Assembly: GCA_022844105.1 (NCBI GenBank)
Contig: JALHMJ010000011.1
Coordinates: 35,737-99,736, forward strand
DNA: 64,000 nt
Source: Hyphomicrobium sp.
GTDB lineage: Bacteria; Pseudomonadota; Alphaproteobacteria; Rhizobiales; Hyphomicrobiaceae
Direction: 5' to 3'
Shown here: positions 49,192 through 58,800 of the stretch, in pieces
Layout: the number at the start of each line of letters is the position of its first letter
Position numbering within the stretch: the first letter of the stretch is position 1
Notes under the pieces: model-generated
Told to the model about the DNA's origin: nothing
The model's input: the letters and a program-made list of their open reading frames with translations, nothing else
The model's database searches: none
Made by a program: the position numbers and the translations under genes

Positions 49192-52100
49192 ATGACAACC
49201 CAACTTAAAGCCCTGTTCGAAAAACCAATAAACCGTCATATCGAGGGCGTCATTAAGGCCGACGACGATGCAGGCCTTCGCGGTGAGATTGAAGAATACG
49301 TTATAACGAATGAGATCGAGAAACGGCTAGAGGGGCTTCTTGACGCTTACAACAATTATGAAGGTGCAAATGGGGTATGGATTTCGGGGTTCTTTGGATC
49401 AGGTAAATCGCACTTATTAAAGATGCTTTCCCTCACCCTGGAGAATAAGGGCGTTGATGGCATAAACGCTGCCGACGCATTTATGGCAAAATGCGACAAG
49501 AATGAAATTCTCCGGGGCGACCTTAAACGATCAACAGGAATTCAGTCGAAAAGCATTCTGTTCAACATAGATCAGAAGGCAGACGTCATTAGCAAAGACC
49601 AAATAGACGCCCTGTTAGGCGTCTTCCAAAAGGTCTTTGACGAAATGTGTGGCTACTATGGCAAGCAGGGCCACATCGCTAAGTTCGAGCGTGATCTCGA
49701 TAGCCGCGGTCAGCTCGCGGCTTTCAAAGACGCCTATGCCCGAATAGCAGGGAAACCCTGGGAGCGCGGCCGCGAGCAAGCCTTACTTGAGGGGCCGAGT
49801 ATTGCGAGTGCCTATTCTGAGGTTAGCGGCACTGATGTTGCTGCCGCGCAGGGACTGCTCTCAGGCTATCGCAACGACTACAAAGTCTCGATTGAGGACT
49901 TCGCCCAGCAGGTCAAAGACTACATTGATCGCCAGGGGCAGAATTTCCGACTCAACTTCTTCGTCGACGAAGTCGGGCAATACATCGCCGATAACGTCAA
50001 GCTCATGACTAACCTACAAACCATAGCAGAGAGTCTCAACACGAAGTGTCGTGGCCGTTCATGGATCTTTGTGACAGCCCAGGAGGACATGAACGCCGTC
50101 ATTGGAGTTATGTCGAGCCGCCAAGCCCACGACTTCTCCAAAATTCAAGCTCGCTTCGCCAACCGAATGCCGCTTACTAGCGCTGATGTTGCTGAGGTCA
50201 TCCAGAAGCGATTGCTAATGAAGACTGATGAGGCGGTCGCTGAATTGTCAGATCTTTACCATGCGCATACGAACAACCTCAAAACACTTTTTGACTTTTC
50301 CGACGGATCGGTCCGCCTCCAGAATTTCAAGGATCGTGAACACTTTATCCAGAGTTACCCGTTCATTCCATACCAGTACACGCTGTTTCAGATGGCAATC
50401 CAGGGCCTCTCTCAGCATGGCGCATTTGAAGGGCAGCATAGTTCGGTCGGAGAGCGGTCGATGCTTGGCGTCTTCCAAGACGTCGCCATCCATATTGCCG
50501 ATATGCCGGTCGGTCGACTTGCAACCTTTGACCTCATGTTTGAGGGCATACGCTCCGCTCTGAAATCCACGGTTCAGCAGTCTGTGCAAATTGCCGAGCG
50601 GAACTTGAACAACGAATTTGCGGTGCGGGTGCTTAAGGCACTTTTCCTGCTGAAGTACGTGCGCCCGTTTAAGGCGACCGTTCGCAACATCTCTGTTCTC
50701 ATGCTGGATGATTTTGATGAGGATGTTGGCAAGCTACAGAAGCGGATCGAGGAATCCCTCGCAATGCTGGAACAGCAGACCTACATCCAGAGAAATGGCG
50801 ACCTGTACGAATTTCTCACAGATGAAGAGAAAGACATTGAAGAGGAAATCAAGGCGATCGATGTCGACAGCGCCGACATCGATCGTGAGCTGGAGCAGCT
50901 GATCTTCGATAGCGTCATCAAGAGCCGGAAAATCCGACATGACAGTTTGGCCCACGACTACGCGTACTCCCGGAAGCTCGACGATAGGCTAGTCGGCCGG
51001 GAGTATGAGCTCACCGTCAATATCATTACGCCGTTCCACGAGCATGCCGGCAAACCAGACAATATTCGCATGCAAAGCATGTCCCGCGACGAGCTTGCTG
51101 TTGTTCTGCCTGCTGATGCGCGCTTCGTTGCGGACCTCCTGACTTACAAGCGCACGGACAAGTTCGTTAAACAAAGCCGCTCGACTACACAGCTACCCGC
51201 CATAGAACGTATTGTCAGCGAGAAGGGAAGCCAGAACGCCATGCGGCAGCGGGAGCTTGCTGCCAGGGCCGCCAGTCTTATTGCACAGTCCCAGCTATTC
51301 GTCCGAGGAGATGAACTGGACATTCGCTCTGAAGATGCGCAGGAGCGATTAGCGCGCGGCTTCCAAACACTGATCGACAAGACCTATGTTAATCTCGGCA
51401 TGCTGAAGGGCGTGACTTACGCTGAAACCGACGTTGGGCGCTTCCTCAAGCAGGCAGAGGATGGGCTATTCGGCAACCACGCTGCACCGCTCACTGAGGC
51501 GGAGCAGGAACTTCTCAACTTCGCACAGTCCAACAACCGGACCGGCATTCGAACGACCGTCAAGGCGATGATCGAGAAGTTCGAGCGCAAGCCATATGGC
51601 TGGCCCTACGCCGCCATCATCTGCAATGTCGCGAGCCTATGCGGGCGGGCGAAACTGGAAGCAAGAGCAGACGGGAGCGTCCTGTCAAATAGCGATCTCG
51701 ACAAGGCGCTTCGCAACACCCACGCTCAGAGTAACATCGTACTGGAGCCGCAGGTCGAATATTCTGCTGCACAGATCCGGCAGCTCAAGGAGTTCTTTTC
51801 CGAGCTATTCGACGCGCAGCCGGCCAACTCGGATGGACGATTACTTGCCAAGGAAACAGCGGAACGCATTGGCCAGCTCGCCGCTGAATTAAAGTCGATG
51901 GTCGGGCAATCCGCGCGCTATCCATTCCTGAGCCAGCTGCGACCGATCCTGGACAAATGCCAGGAGATCGCCGGCAAGCCTCACGCTTGGTACTTCAGCG
52001 ATCTGCCCAAGATGACGGACGAGCTTTTGGAAGCCAAGGAAAAAGATTTCGATCCCATCCGCAAGTTTATGAATGGACCGCAGAAGGGCATCTATGATCG

Positions 52101-52761
52101 GGCTCTCTCGGTGCTGGAACAGCAGGCACAAAACCTCGCCTACATCGGGCGCGAAGAAGGCGACCGGCTTCGCGATCTCCTACGTGATCCAAGCTGCATT
52201 CGCGGCCAGGCGATTCAGAAGATCAAATCCGAAGCGGACGCGCTCGAAGGTGCCATCAACACGTACATCGACGGCGAGGTGGCGCGCCTCGAAGCGGAAG
52301 TCGGCGACGCCCGAGCGAAGATCGAGAACCTGCACGATTTCAGCAAGCTCAGTGAGGCTGATCAAGCCACCATTCTTGCGGCGATCGTGGAGGCAGCCGC
52401 GACCGCGAAGACCGGCAGATCCATCGCCTTCATCCGTGAGCGCGAGCAAGCATTCAAGACGGCTCTTTACCCACAGCTTCTATCAAAGGTAGCTGAGCTA
52501 GCGCAGCCCAAGACATCGGCAGCAGCGTCTGACGACTACATAGAACCGCCCTCGTCCTCCATGGGCGGTTTAAGCGAAGGCACACAAATCAAGCCCAAGC
52601 CGAAGGCTGCGGCGCAGCCGACTTATGTGTCAAGCGCCACGGTCAAAGTGCCATTTGCAAAGCCCTACCTCGCAACCGAGACCGATGTGACCGAATACCT
52701 CGATGCGATGCGCGATGCGCTGATTGCCGAGATCCGGATCGGCAAGAGGATCACCGTTTGA
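49192..52761 (+). CDS. brxC: BREX ATPase BrxC/PglY
   Basis: About 1190 aa, P-loop GFFGSGKSHLLKML (around 49386-49412), third position. ATG 49192 has a GAGG SD. An in-frame ATG at 49177 lacks one. Confidence 0.92.
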   Translation: MTTQLKALFEKPINRHIEGVIKADDDAGLRGEIEEYVITNEIEKRLEGLLDAYNNYEGANGVWISGFFGSGKSHLLKMLSLTLENKGVDGINAADAFMAKCDKNEILRGDLKRSTGIQSKSILFNIDQKADVISKDQIDALLGVFQKVFDEMCGYYGKQGHIAKFERDLDSRGQLAAFKDAYARIAGKPWERGREQALLEGPSIASAYSEVSGTDVAAAQGLLSGYRNDYKVSIEDFAQQVKDYIDRQGQNFRLNFFVDEVGQYIADNVKLMTNLQTIAESLNTKCRGRSWIFVTAQEDMNAVIGVMSSRQAHDFSKIQARFANRMPLTSADVAEVIQKRLLMKTDEAVAELSDLYHAHTNNLKTLFDFSDGSVRLQNFKDREHFIQSYPFIPYQYTLFQMAIQGLSQHGAFEGQHSSVGERSMLGVFQDVAIHIADMPVGRLATFDLMFEGIRSALKSTVQQSVQIAERNLNNEFAVRVLKALFLLKYVRPFKATVRNISVLMLDDFDEDVGKLQKRIEESLAMLEQQTYIQRNGDLYEFLTDEEKDIEEEIKAIDVDSADIDRELEQLIFDSVIKSRKIRHDSLAHDYAYSRKLDDRLVGREYELTVNIITPFHEHAGKPDNIRMQSMSRDELAVVLPADARFVADLLTYKRTDKFVKQSRSTTQLPAIERIVSEKGSQNAMRQRELAARAASLIAQSQLFVRGDELDIRSEDAQERLARGFQTLIDKTYVNLGMLKGVTYAETDVGRFLKQAEDGLFGNHAAPLTEAEQELLNFAQSNNRTGIRTTVKAMIEKFERKPYGWPYAAIICNVASLCGRAKLEARADGSVLSNSDLDKALRNTHAQSNIVLEPQVEYSAAQIRQLKEFFSELFDAQPANSDGRLLAKETAERIGQLAAELKSMVGQSARYPFLSQLRPILDKCQEIAGKPHAWYFSDLPKMTDELLEAKEKDFDPIRKFMNGPQKGIYDRALSVLEQQAQNLAYIGREEGDRLRDLLRDPSCIRGQAIQKIKSEADALEGAINTYIDGEVARLEAEVGDARAKIENLHDFSKLSEADQATILAAIVEAAATAKTGRSIAFIREREQAFKTALYPQLLSKVAELAQPKTSAAASDDYIEPPSSSMGGLSEGTQIKPKPKAAAQPTYVSSATVKVPFAKPYLATETDVTEYLDAMRDALIAEIRIGKRITV

Positions 52762-55700
52762 TGGATACCGGCAAGCTCAAGAAATTCGCACAGTCTGCAC
52801 GGCGCACCTTGATGGAGCAGACCGCCATTAAGCTCGGACAGGTGCTGACCAACGGTAGCGCCGCACGGCGCGAACAGCCAAAGGCCGTCAAAGAACTCGA
52901 AGGCCAGATCGCGACCCACGGTAAAGAGCAGGTGATCGAGCGCGTAGCTTACACGTGGTTTAACCGTCTGTCGGCTCTTCGCTTCATGGATGCCAACGGC
53001 CTCAACCGTGTACGCGCTGTGTCACCAGCGCAAGATCAGACGCGGCCAGAGATCCTTTCAGAGGCGGCTGCGGGGGTCGTCGATGATGACATCGTCCCCG
53101 AGCGTATCCGCGAGGACGTGGCCGCGCTACTCGAAGGGCGCACTCCGAGCCGAGACCCGCAGGGTGAAGCCTACCGACTCCTTCTTGTTGCGGTCTGCAA
53201 CCATTGGCATGCGGCGATGCCGTTCATGTTCGAGAAGATTGCAGACTTCACCGAACTTTTGATGCCCGAGGGTCTATTGGCCCCAGATAGCGTGCTCGCT
53301 GAAATGCGCGAGGTGATGACGGATGAGGCCTGCCAGGATGTCGAGATCATCGGCTGGCTCTACCAGTTCTATATCTCCGAAAAGAAGGACCAGGTCTTCG
53401 CGGGTCTCAAGAAGAACGTGAAGATCACGCCCGAGAACATCCCCGCCGCAACTCAGTTATTCACGCCGCACTGGATCGTTCGTTACCTCGTGGAAAACTC
53501 GCTGGGACGACTTTGGCTCTTAAACCGGCCGGGCTCAAAGCTGGCAGGGCGGATGGACTACTACATCGCGTCGGAAGAAGCTGAGATGGACTTTCTCCAC
53601 GTCAGCAAGCCAGAAGATATCCGCATCTGCGATCCAGCGTGCGGATCAGGGCACATGCTGACCTATGCCTTCGATCTTCTCCACGCGATCTACGAAGAAG
53701 AGGGGTATGAAGCTAGCGAGATCCCGGTCCTTATCCTCAAGCACAACCTGACGGGCATCGAGATTGATGACCGGGCGGGGGCTCTCGCAGCCTTCGCGCT
53801 GACCATGAAGGCAGCGGCAAAGCTTGGGCGTCGTCGATTTCTGCGGATCGAGGTGAAGCCGGCCATCATCGTGTTGCAGAACGTAGCTTTTACCCCGGCC
53901 GAAATGCAGGACGTCGCCGCTGTGGTCGGCAAAGACCTGTTCACCGACGCGCTACGCGAGACGCTGATGCAGTTCGAGCAAGCCAAGAACTTCGGCTCGC
54001 TGATCGTGCCGAAACTGCGCGACCCCGCCGAGACGCTTCGGGTGGTTGAGGCGCGGGACTTCGGCTCCGACCTGCTGCTGAAAGAGGTGCAGGCGCGCCT
54101 CGTATCCGTGCTGCGCATGGGCGAGGCGCTGTCGCCCAAGTATCATGTGGTGGTAGCTAACCCACCGTATGCCGGATCAAGGGGGCTTAACGATACCCTA
54201 TCGTCTTGGCTGCAAGTTAATTATCCACGAGGGAAAGCGGATATGTTTTCCGCATTCATTGAACGTGGATTCGGCTTATCAATTAGCGACGGATTCGTTT
54301 CCATGGTTACCATGGAAAGCTGGATGTTTCTTTCGTCTTATTTAAACTTCCGATCCTGGCTGCTTTCAAATGGCACGCTTAACACTCTGCTGCATATGCC
54401 TTATCTCGGCAAAGGCGGAACAAGCATGGGTATCAGCTTCGGAACCGCTGCCTTCGTGCTTCGGAAGAATTACGATCCAGCAAGCAAAGGTGAGTATTGC
54501 TGCGTTCGTTATTTTGAGACAGACGACTTTGGCATTCCGTTAGAGTTTCCGCCAAAAAATGAGAGACGGACGCAAGCATCTACAGAAGATTTTAGCAAAA
54601 TTCCAGGCAGCCCAATTGCCTATTGGGTCAGCGATGGAGTTCTCAAGGCTTTTGAAGAAGGAAAGAGGCTTGATGAGTTGGCGACTACACGTAAGGGCAT
54701 GGTAACCGCACGGAACGAAGTCTATGTGCGAGATTGGCATGAAGTTTCGTCCAATAAGTCGGGGCTGGACAAGCTCAAGGAACGAGAAGCAGCTAAAGCA
54801 TCGGGTTTGAAATGGTTCTCCTATTTGAAGGGTGGCGGCTTCAAGAAATGGTATGGAAACAAATTTGACCTTGTGAACTGGCAGGATGATGGCCACGCCC
54901 TTCAAACCACAATGCACCCCAAAGAAAATCGAGTTTGGGCCACCAATTTCAATTTGGATTACATCTTCAAATCTAATGTGAACTGGGGCGCAGTTACCTC
55001 TGCTGAGTTTTCTGCAAGATTGAGCTTCGGCGGCGAACTCTTCGATGCTGGTGGATCGGCGTGTTTCCCGGAAGGCTGCGCGCCTGAAGTTATTGTTGCG
55101 CTACTCAACTCCAAAATTACTGGCTCTCTTCTGAAAGCGCTAAACCCAACGTTGAATTTTCAAGCAGGCAACATTGCCAGTATTCCAATCGCTTCGGATC
55201 TTAAGGAAGCAGAAATTGAAGCGAACACCAAGTCCTGTATTTCTGCAACAAAGTCAGACTGGGACGCCTATGAAACCTCCTGGGATTTCACCACTCTTCC
55301 GCTGCTCCAACCCCACCATCGCGCCGAGACGCTGGAGGATACCTACACCGCCCTCCGCACCCATTGGCAGGGCATGACGTCCGAGATTCAGCGGTTGGAG
55401 GAAGAGAACAACCGCATCTTCATCGAAGCCTATGGCCTGCAAGACGAGCTTATCCCCGAGGTACCGTTCGAGGAAATCACCCTCACCTGCAACCCCGCCT
55501 ATCGTTATGGCGTGAAGGCAACCGAGGAAGACCGCGAAACCCGCCTGCGCGCCGACACCATGGCCGAGTTCCTCAGCTATGCCGTGGGCTGCATGTTCGG
55601 CCGCTACAGCCTCGACGCGCCGGGCCTGATCCTCGCCAATCAGGGAGAAACGCTGGCCGACTACCTTGCCCGCGTGCCGGAGCCCAGCTTCCTACCCGAC

Positions 55701-56282
55701 GAGGACAACGTCGTCCCCGTGCTGGATGCCGACTGGTTCCCCGACGACATCGTGAACCGCTTCCGCAAGTTCCTGCGCGTGACCTTCGGCGAGGCGCATT
55801 TCCGCGAGAACCTCGCCTTCATCGAGGCGCAAATCGGGGACATTCGGAAGTATTTCACGCGCAACTTCTACGACGACCACGTGAAGCGTTACAAGAAGCG
55901 CCCGATCTACTGGATGTTCTCCAGCCCGAAGGGAAGCTTCAACGCCCTCATATATATGCATCGTTATCGCCCGGATACCGTCTCGATCGTGCTCAACGAC
56001 TATCTCCGCGAGTTCCGCAACAAGCTAATCGGACATCGCAAACAGCTCGAAGCCGCGAGCATCAGCGGCGAGGCCAGCCAGGGCGAGAAGACACGAGCCT
56101 TGAAGGAGATTGAAAAGCTCGGACGGGTGATTGAGGAACTCGATGATTACGAGCGCAACACTCTTTATCCGCTGGCGACGAAGCAGATCGAAATCGACCT
56201 CGACGATGGCGTAAAGGTCAACTACGCGAAATTCGGCAGAGCCCTGGCAACGATCAAGGGCCTCGGCGATGCGGAGGATTGA
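52761..56282 (+). CDS. pglX: BREX N6-adenine DNA methyltransferase PglX
   Basis: About 1170 aa. AdoMet motif ICDPACGSGHML. Catalytic NPPY (VVANPPYAGSRG, 54159-54170). TGATG overlap with brxC. Confidence 0.93.
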   Translation: MDTGKLKKFAQSARRTLMEQTAIKLGQVLTNGSAARREQPKAVKELEGQIATHGKEQVIERVAYTWFNRLSALRFMDANGLNRVRAVSPAQDQTRPEILSEAAAGVVDDDIVPERIREDVAALLEGRTPSRDPQGEAYRLLLVAVCNHWHAAMPFMFEKIADFTELLMPEGLLAPDSVLAEMREVMTDEACQDVEIIGWLYQFYISEKKDQVFAGLKKNVKITPENIPAATQLFTPHWIVRYLVENSLGRLWLLNRPGSKLAGRMDYYIASEEAEMDFLHVSKPEDIRICDPACGSGHMLTYAFDLLHAIYEEEGYEASEIPVLILKHNLTGIEIDDRAGALAAFALTMKAAAKLGRRRFLRIEVKPAIIVLQNVAFTPAEMQDVAAVVGKDLFTDALRETLMQFEQAKNFGSLIVPKLRDPAETLRVVEARDFGSDLLLKEVQARLVSVLRMGEALSPKYHVVVANPPYAGSRGLNDTLSSWLQVNYPRGKADMFSAFIERGFGLSISDGFVSMVTMESWMFLSSYLNFRSWLLSNGTLNTLLHMPYLGKGGTSMGISFGTAAFVLRKNYDPASKGEYCCVRYFETDDFGIPLEFPPKNERRTQASTEDFSKIPGSPIAYWVSDGVLKAFEEGKRLDELATTRKGMVTARNEVYVRDWHEVSSNKSGLDKLKEREAAKASGLKWFSYLKGGGFKKWYGNKFDLVNWQDDGHALQTTMHPKENRVWATNFNLDYIFKSNVNWGAVTSAEFSARLSFGGELFDAGGSACFPEGCAPEVIVALLNSKITGSLLKALNPTLNFQAGNIASIPIASDLKEAEIEANTKSCISATKSDWDAYETSWDFTTLPLLQPHHRAETLEDTYTALRTHWQGMTSEIQRLEEENNRIFIEAYGLQDELIPEVPFEEITLTCNPAYRYGVKATEEDRETRLRADTMAEFLSYAVGCMFGRYSLDAPGLILANQGETLADYLARVPEPSFLPDEDNVVPVLDADWFPDDIVNRFRKFLRVTFGEAHFRENLAFIEAQIGDIRKYFTRNFYDDHVKRYKKRPIYWMFSSPKGSFNALIYMHRYRPDTVSIVLNDYLREFRNKLIGHRKQLEAASISGEASQGEKTRALKEIEKLGRVIEELDDYERNTLYPLATKQIEIDLDDGVKVNYAKFGRALATIKGLGDAED

Positions 56283-56284
56283 CC

Positions 56285-58789
56285 ATGACCGACCGCATCG
56301 CCAAAGCACTGACAAACCTCTTCGACAAACATCGGATCGTATTTTGGTTCGATAGCAAGCGTGAGCTGCGAGACGAGTTTGAAGCTTTGAAACTGAAGGA
56401 CGTACAAAAGGTTGAGATTAACAACAACGAGTTTGGCCTGAAGCACCTCTTGCTACGGCGAGAACCAGATCAGAAGTTTCTGGTCTACAAATACGGTCCT
56501 GAGCCCGATCGCGACATCGACAACTGGCTTCTCGATATCCAACTGTCACACGGGACCTTCCGCACAGACCAAAGCTCGATTTGGCTCAGTGAGCTGGGCC
56601 TCGGCATGCCCTTCGCTGATTTGGTGAAGGCTCACGAGGAGTTTTTCCGGGCAACCAAGCGTATCGAAGCGCTAAAGCGCATTATGAAGCCGGAGGATAC
56701 ACCGGGTGCGCTGCGGATGCGTATGCTCTTCGTCTGCGTCGCAGCTGAAGGAACGTTCGACTCGGTTGTCGAGAATTTGCTGGCAGATCTCGCCGACGAG
56801 CGCGATGACGGTTTAAAGCTCATCCAGCGCTGCCGACTCGATAGCCATCTGTGGCAGCAAATCGAACGGCATTTTGGCTATAAGAGTCAAAAGCCGGATC
56901 TGAGCGACTTCGCCATCGAGCTTTTCAAGTCCTGCTACGCGATGGTATCCGGAGAGAATTCACGGCTGAGTGCCGAGGCGCTCATTTTCTTCCGGCGCTG
57001 GAAGAACAATCGTCACCATGAACTCGCATTCGAGAAGCTATCCGATGTCTACAGTGACATTCTGAACGTTAGGAGCGATGTCAATCAGCGCGATTACCGC
57101 AAGTTGGGCGATACTGACTTTTTCCGCGAGATTGACCGCGAAATCATACGTCAACTTGTGCAGGCTATCGCGACCCAAACGGCGTCTTGGGCCGAAGTTC
57201 AGACGATCATCAAGCAACGTCAAGCAAGCCACTGGTTCGAAGAGTTCGAGCACCTTTACCGGGCAATCGGGTTTGCAGCAGAGTTCTTACAGGCGATGAC
57301 ACAGGTCATCCTGGGCATGACCAGCTTGGCCGAGGGCATCAATCGCTACGCCAGCACTTGGTACCGGATCGACCAGCTTTACAGGAAGTTCGTCTTCCAC
57401 ATGCAAAGATCGGCACAGGCTTCGCTGATGGCAGCTTTGTTTGAACGTATCGAGAATCTCTATGTCAATAACTACCTCTTGAAGCTGAACGATGCTTGGC
57501 AGAAGCATGTCGACGACAGTCCGTCGTGGACGTGCGATGGGGTGCCCTCGCAGCGGCAGTTTTTCGCCAAGCACGTGCGGCCGTTCCGCAGCAAAGAATA
57601 TAAGATCTGCGTCATAATCTCGGACGCTCTGCGTTACGAGATCGCTGATGAGTTGCTCGCAAGTGTTCGAGCACTGGATCGTTACGACGCCGAATTATCT
57701 CCAATGCTCGGCAGTCTTCCGAGCTACACGCAGCTGGGCATGGCATCCCTGCTTCCCAATTCTTCCCTTGCTATTGCGGACAATGACACTGGTACGGTTC
57801 TAGTCGACGGCAATAGCTCACAAGGTCTAGCCAATCGGCAAAAGTTATTAGAGGCCGGGGCTCGCGGGGATGCCACCGCCGCCTTGAAGGCAGAAGATTT
57901 TATGGATTTGAAGGGTGACGATGCGCGTTCACTGGTTCGAGAACACGACATTCTCTACATCTATCACAACCGGATCGACGCCACCGGCGACAAGCTAGTT
58001 TCGGAGGAGAGAGTATTCGAAGCCGTAGACGACACTCTGGAGGAGTTGATTAAGCTCATCAAGAAACTGACGGGCGCAAACGCCAATAACATCATTGTCA
58101 CGGCTGATCACGGGTTCATATACCAGAATCGACCTCTCGAAGAGAGCGACTTTTCTTCTTCCGATGCGATTGGAGGGCAAACACTGTTTCGCGACAGACG
58201 CTTCGTTATCGGGCGTAGCTTCAGGGATCAAGCCGGTTTCAAAAGGTTCTCGGCACGCGACCTTGGGCTAGAAGGAGATGTCGATCTTCTCTTCCCCAAA
58301 TCGATCAATCGACTCCGCCTTAAAGGCTCCGGGAGCAGATACGTTCATGGTGGCGTTTCGCTCCAGGAAGTGGTCGTCCCCGTGGTGACCATAAACAAGA
58401 AGCGGCATAGCGATATAGCATCCGTCGATGTGGAGATCGTTGGAAGCTCCAACCAGACCATAACGTCGGGTCAGCACACGGTCATGCTCTACCAGTCCAT
58501 ACCAGTAACAGACAAGATCCAGCCTCGGCGTCTGCGTGTCGGCATCTATTCCCAGGCGGGCGACCTAATCTCGGACAGTCACGAGATGGCATTCGACTTC
58601 CGTTCAGATAACGCCCGTGAAAGGGAAGTGCGCATCCGGCTTCTTCTCTCCAAACAAGCCGACCAGTACAACGGGCAGGAGGTGATCTTAAAGCTGGAGG
58701 AGCAGCACGGAACAACATCACACTACAAAGAGTATCGAAGCAGCCGCTACATGCTACGCCGCAGCTTCACAAGCGACTTTGACTTCTGA
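56285..58789 (+). CDS. pglZ: BREX alkaline-phosphatase-fold protein PglZ
   Basis: About 835 aa. PglZ-domain region ICVIISDALRYE...TADHGFIY...HGGVSLQEVVVP. GGAGG SD 7 nt upstream. Confidence 0.92.
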   Translation: MTDRIAKALTNLFDKHRIVFWFDSKRELRDEFEALKLKDVQKVEINNNEFGLKHLLLRREPDQKFLVYKYGPEPDRDIDNWLLDIQLSHGTFRTDQSSIWLSELGLGMPFADLVKAHEEFFRATKRIEALKRIMKPEDTPGALRMRMLFVCVAAEGTFDSVVENLLADLADERDDGLKLIQRCRLDSHLWQQIERHFGYKSQKPDLSDFAIELFKSCYAMVSGENSRLSAEALIFFRRWKNNRHHELAFEKLSDVYSDILNVRSDVNQRDYRKLGDTDFFREIDREIIRQLVQAIATQTASWAEVQTIIKQRQASHWFEEFEHLYRAIGFAAEFLQAMTQVILGMTSLAEGINRYASTWYRIDQLYRKFVFHMQRSAQASLMAALFERIENLYVNNYLLKLNDAWQKHVDDSPSWTCDGVPSQRQFFAKHVRPFRSKEYKICVIISDALRYEIADELLASVRALDRYDAELSPMLGSLPSYTQLGMASLLPNSSLAIADNDTGTVLVDGNSSQGLANRQKLLEAGARGDATAALKAEDFMDLKGDDARSLVREHDILYIYHNRIDATGDKLVSEERVFEAVDDTLEELIKLIKKLTGANANNIIVTADHGFIYQNRPLEESDFSSSDAIGGQTLFRDRRFVIGRSFRDQAGFKRFSARDLGLEGDVDLLFPKSINRLRLKGSGSRYVHGGVSLQEVVVPVVTINKKRHSDIASVDVEIVGSSNQTITSGQHTVMLYQSIPVTDKIQPRRLRVGIYSQAGDLISDSHEMAFDFRSDNAREREVRIRLLLSKQADQYNGQEVILKLEEQHGTTSHYKEYRSSRYMLRRSFTSDFDF

Positions 58790-58800
58790 GGAGCGGAATC

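Noticed and set aside
55364-56113. 249-aa plus-strand ORF inside pglX
   Set aside because: It is an alternative frame of the GC-rich pglX 3' part, extremely Arg/Pro-rich, and a frame shadow.
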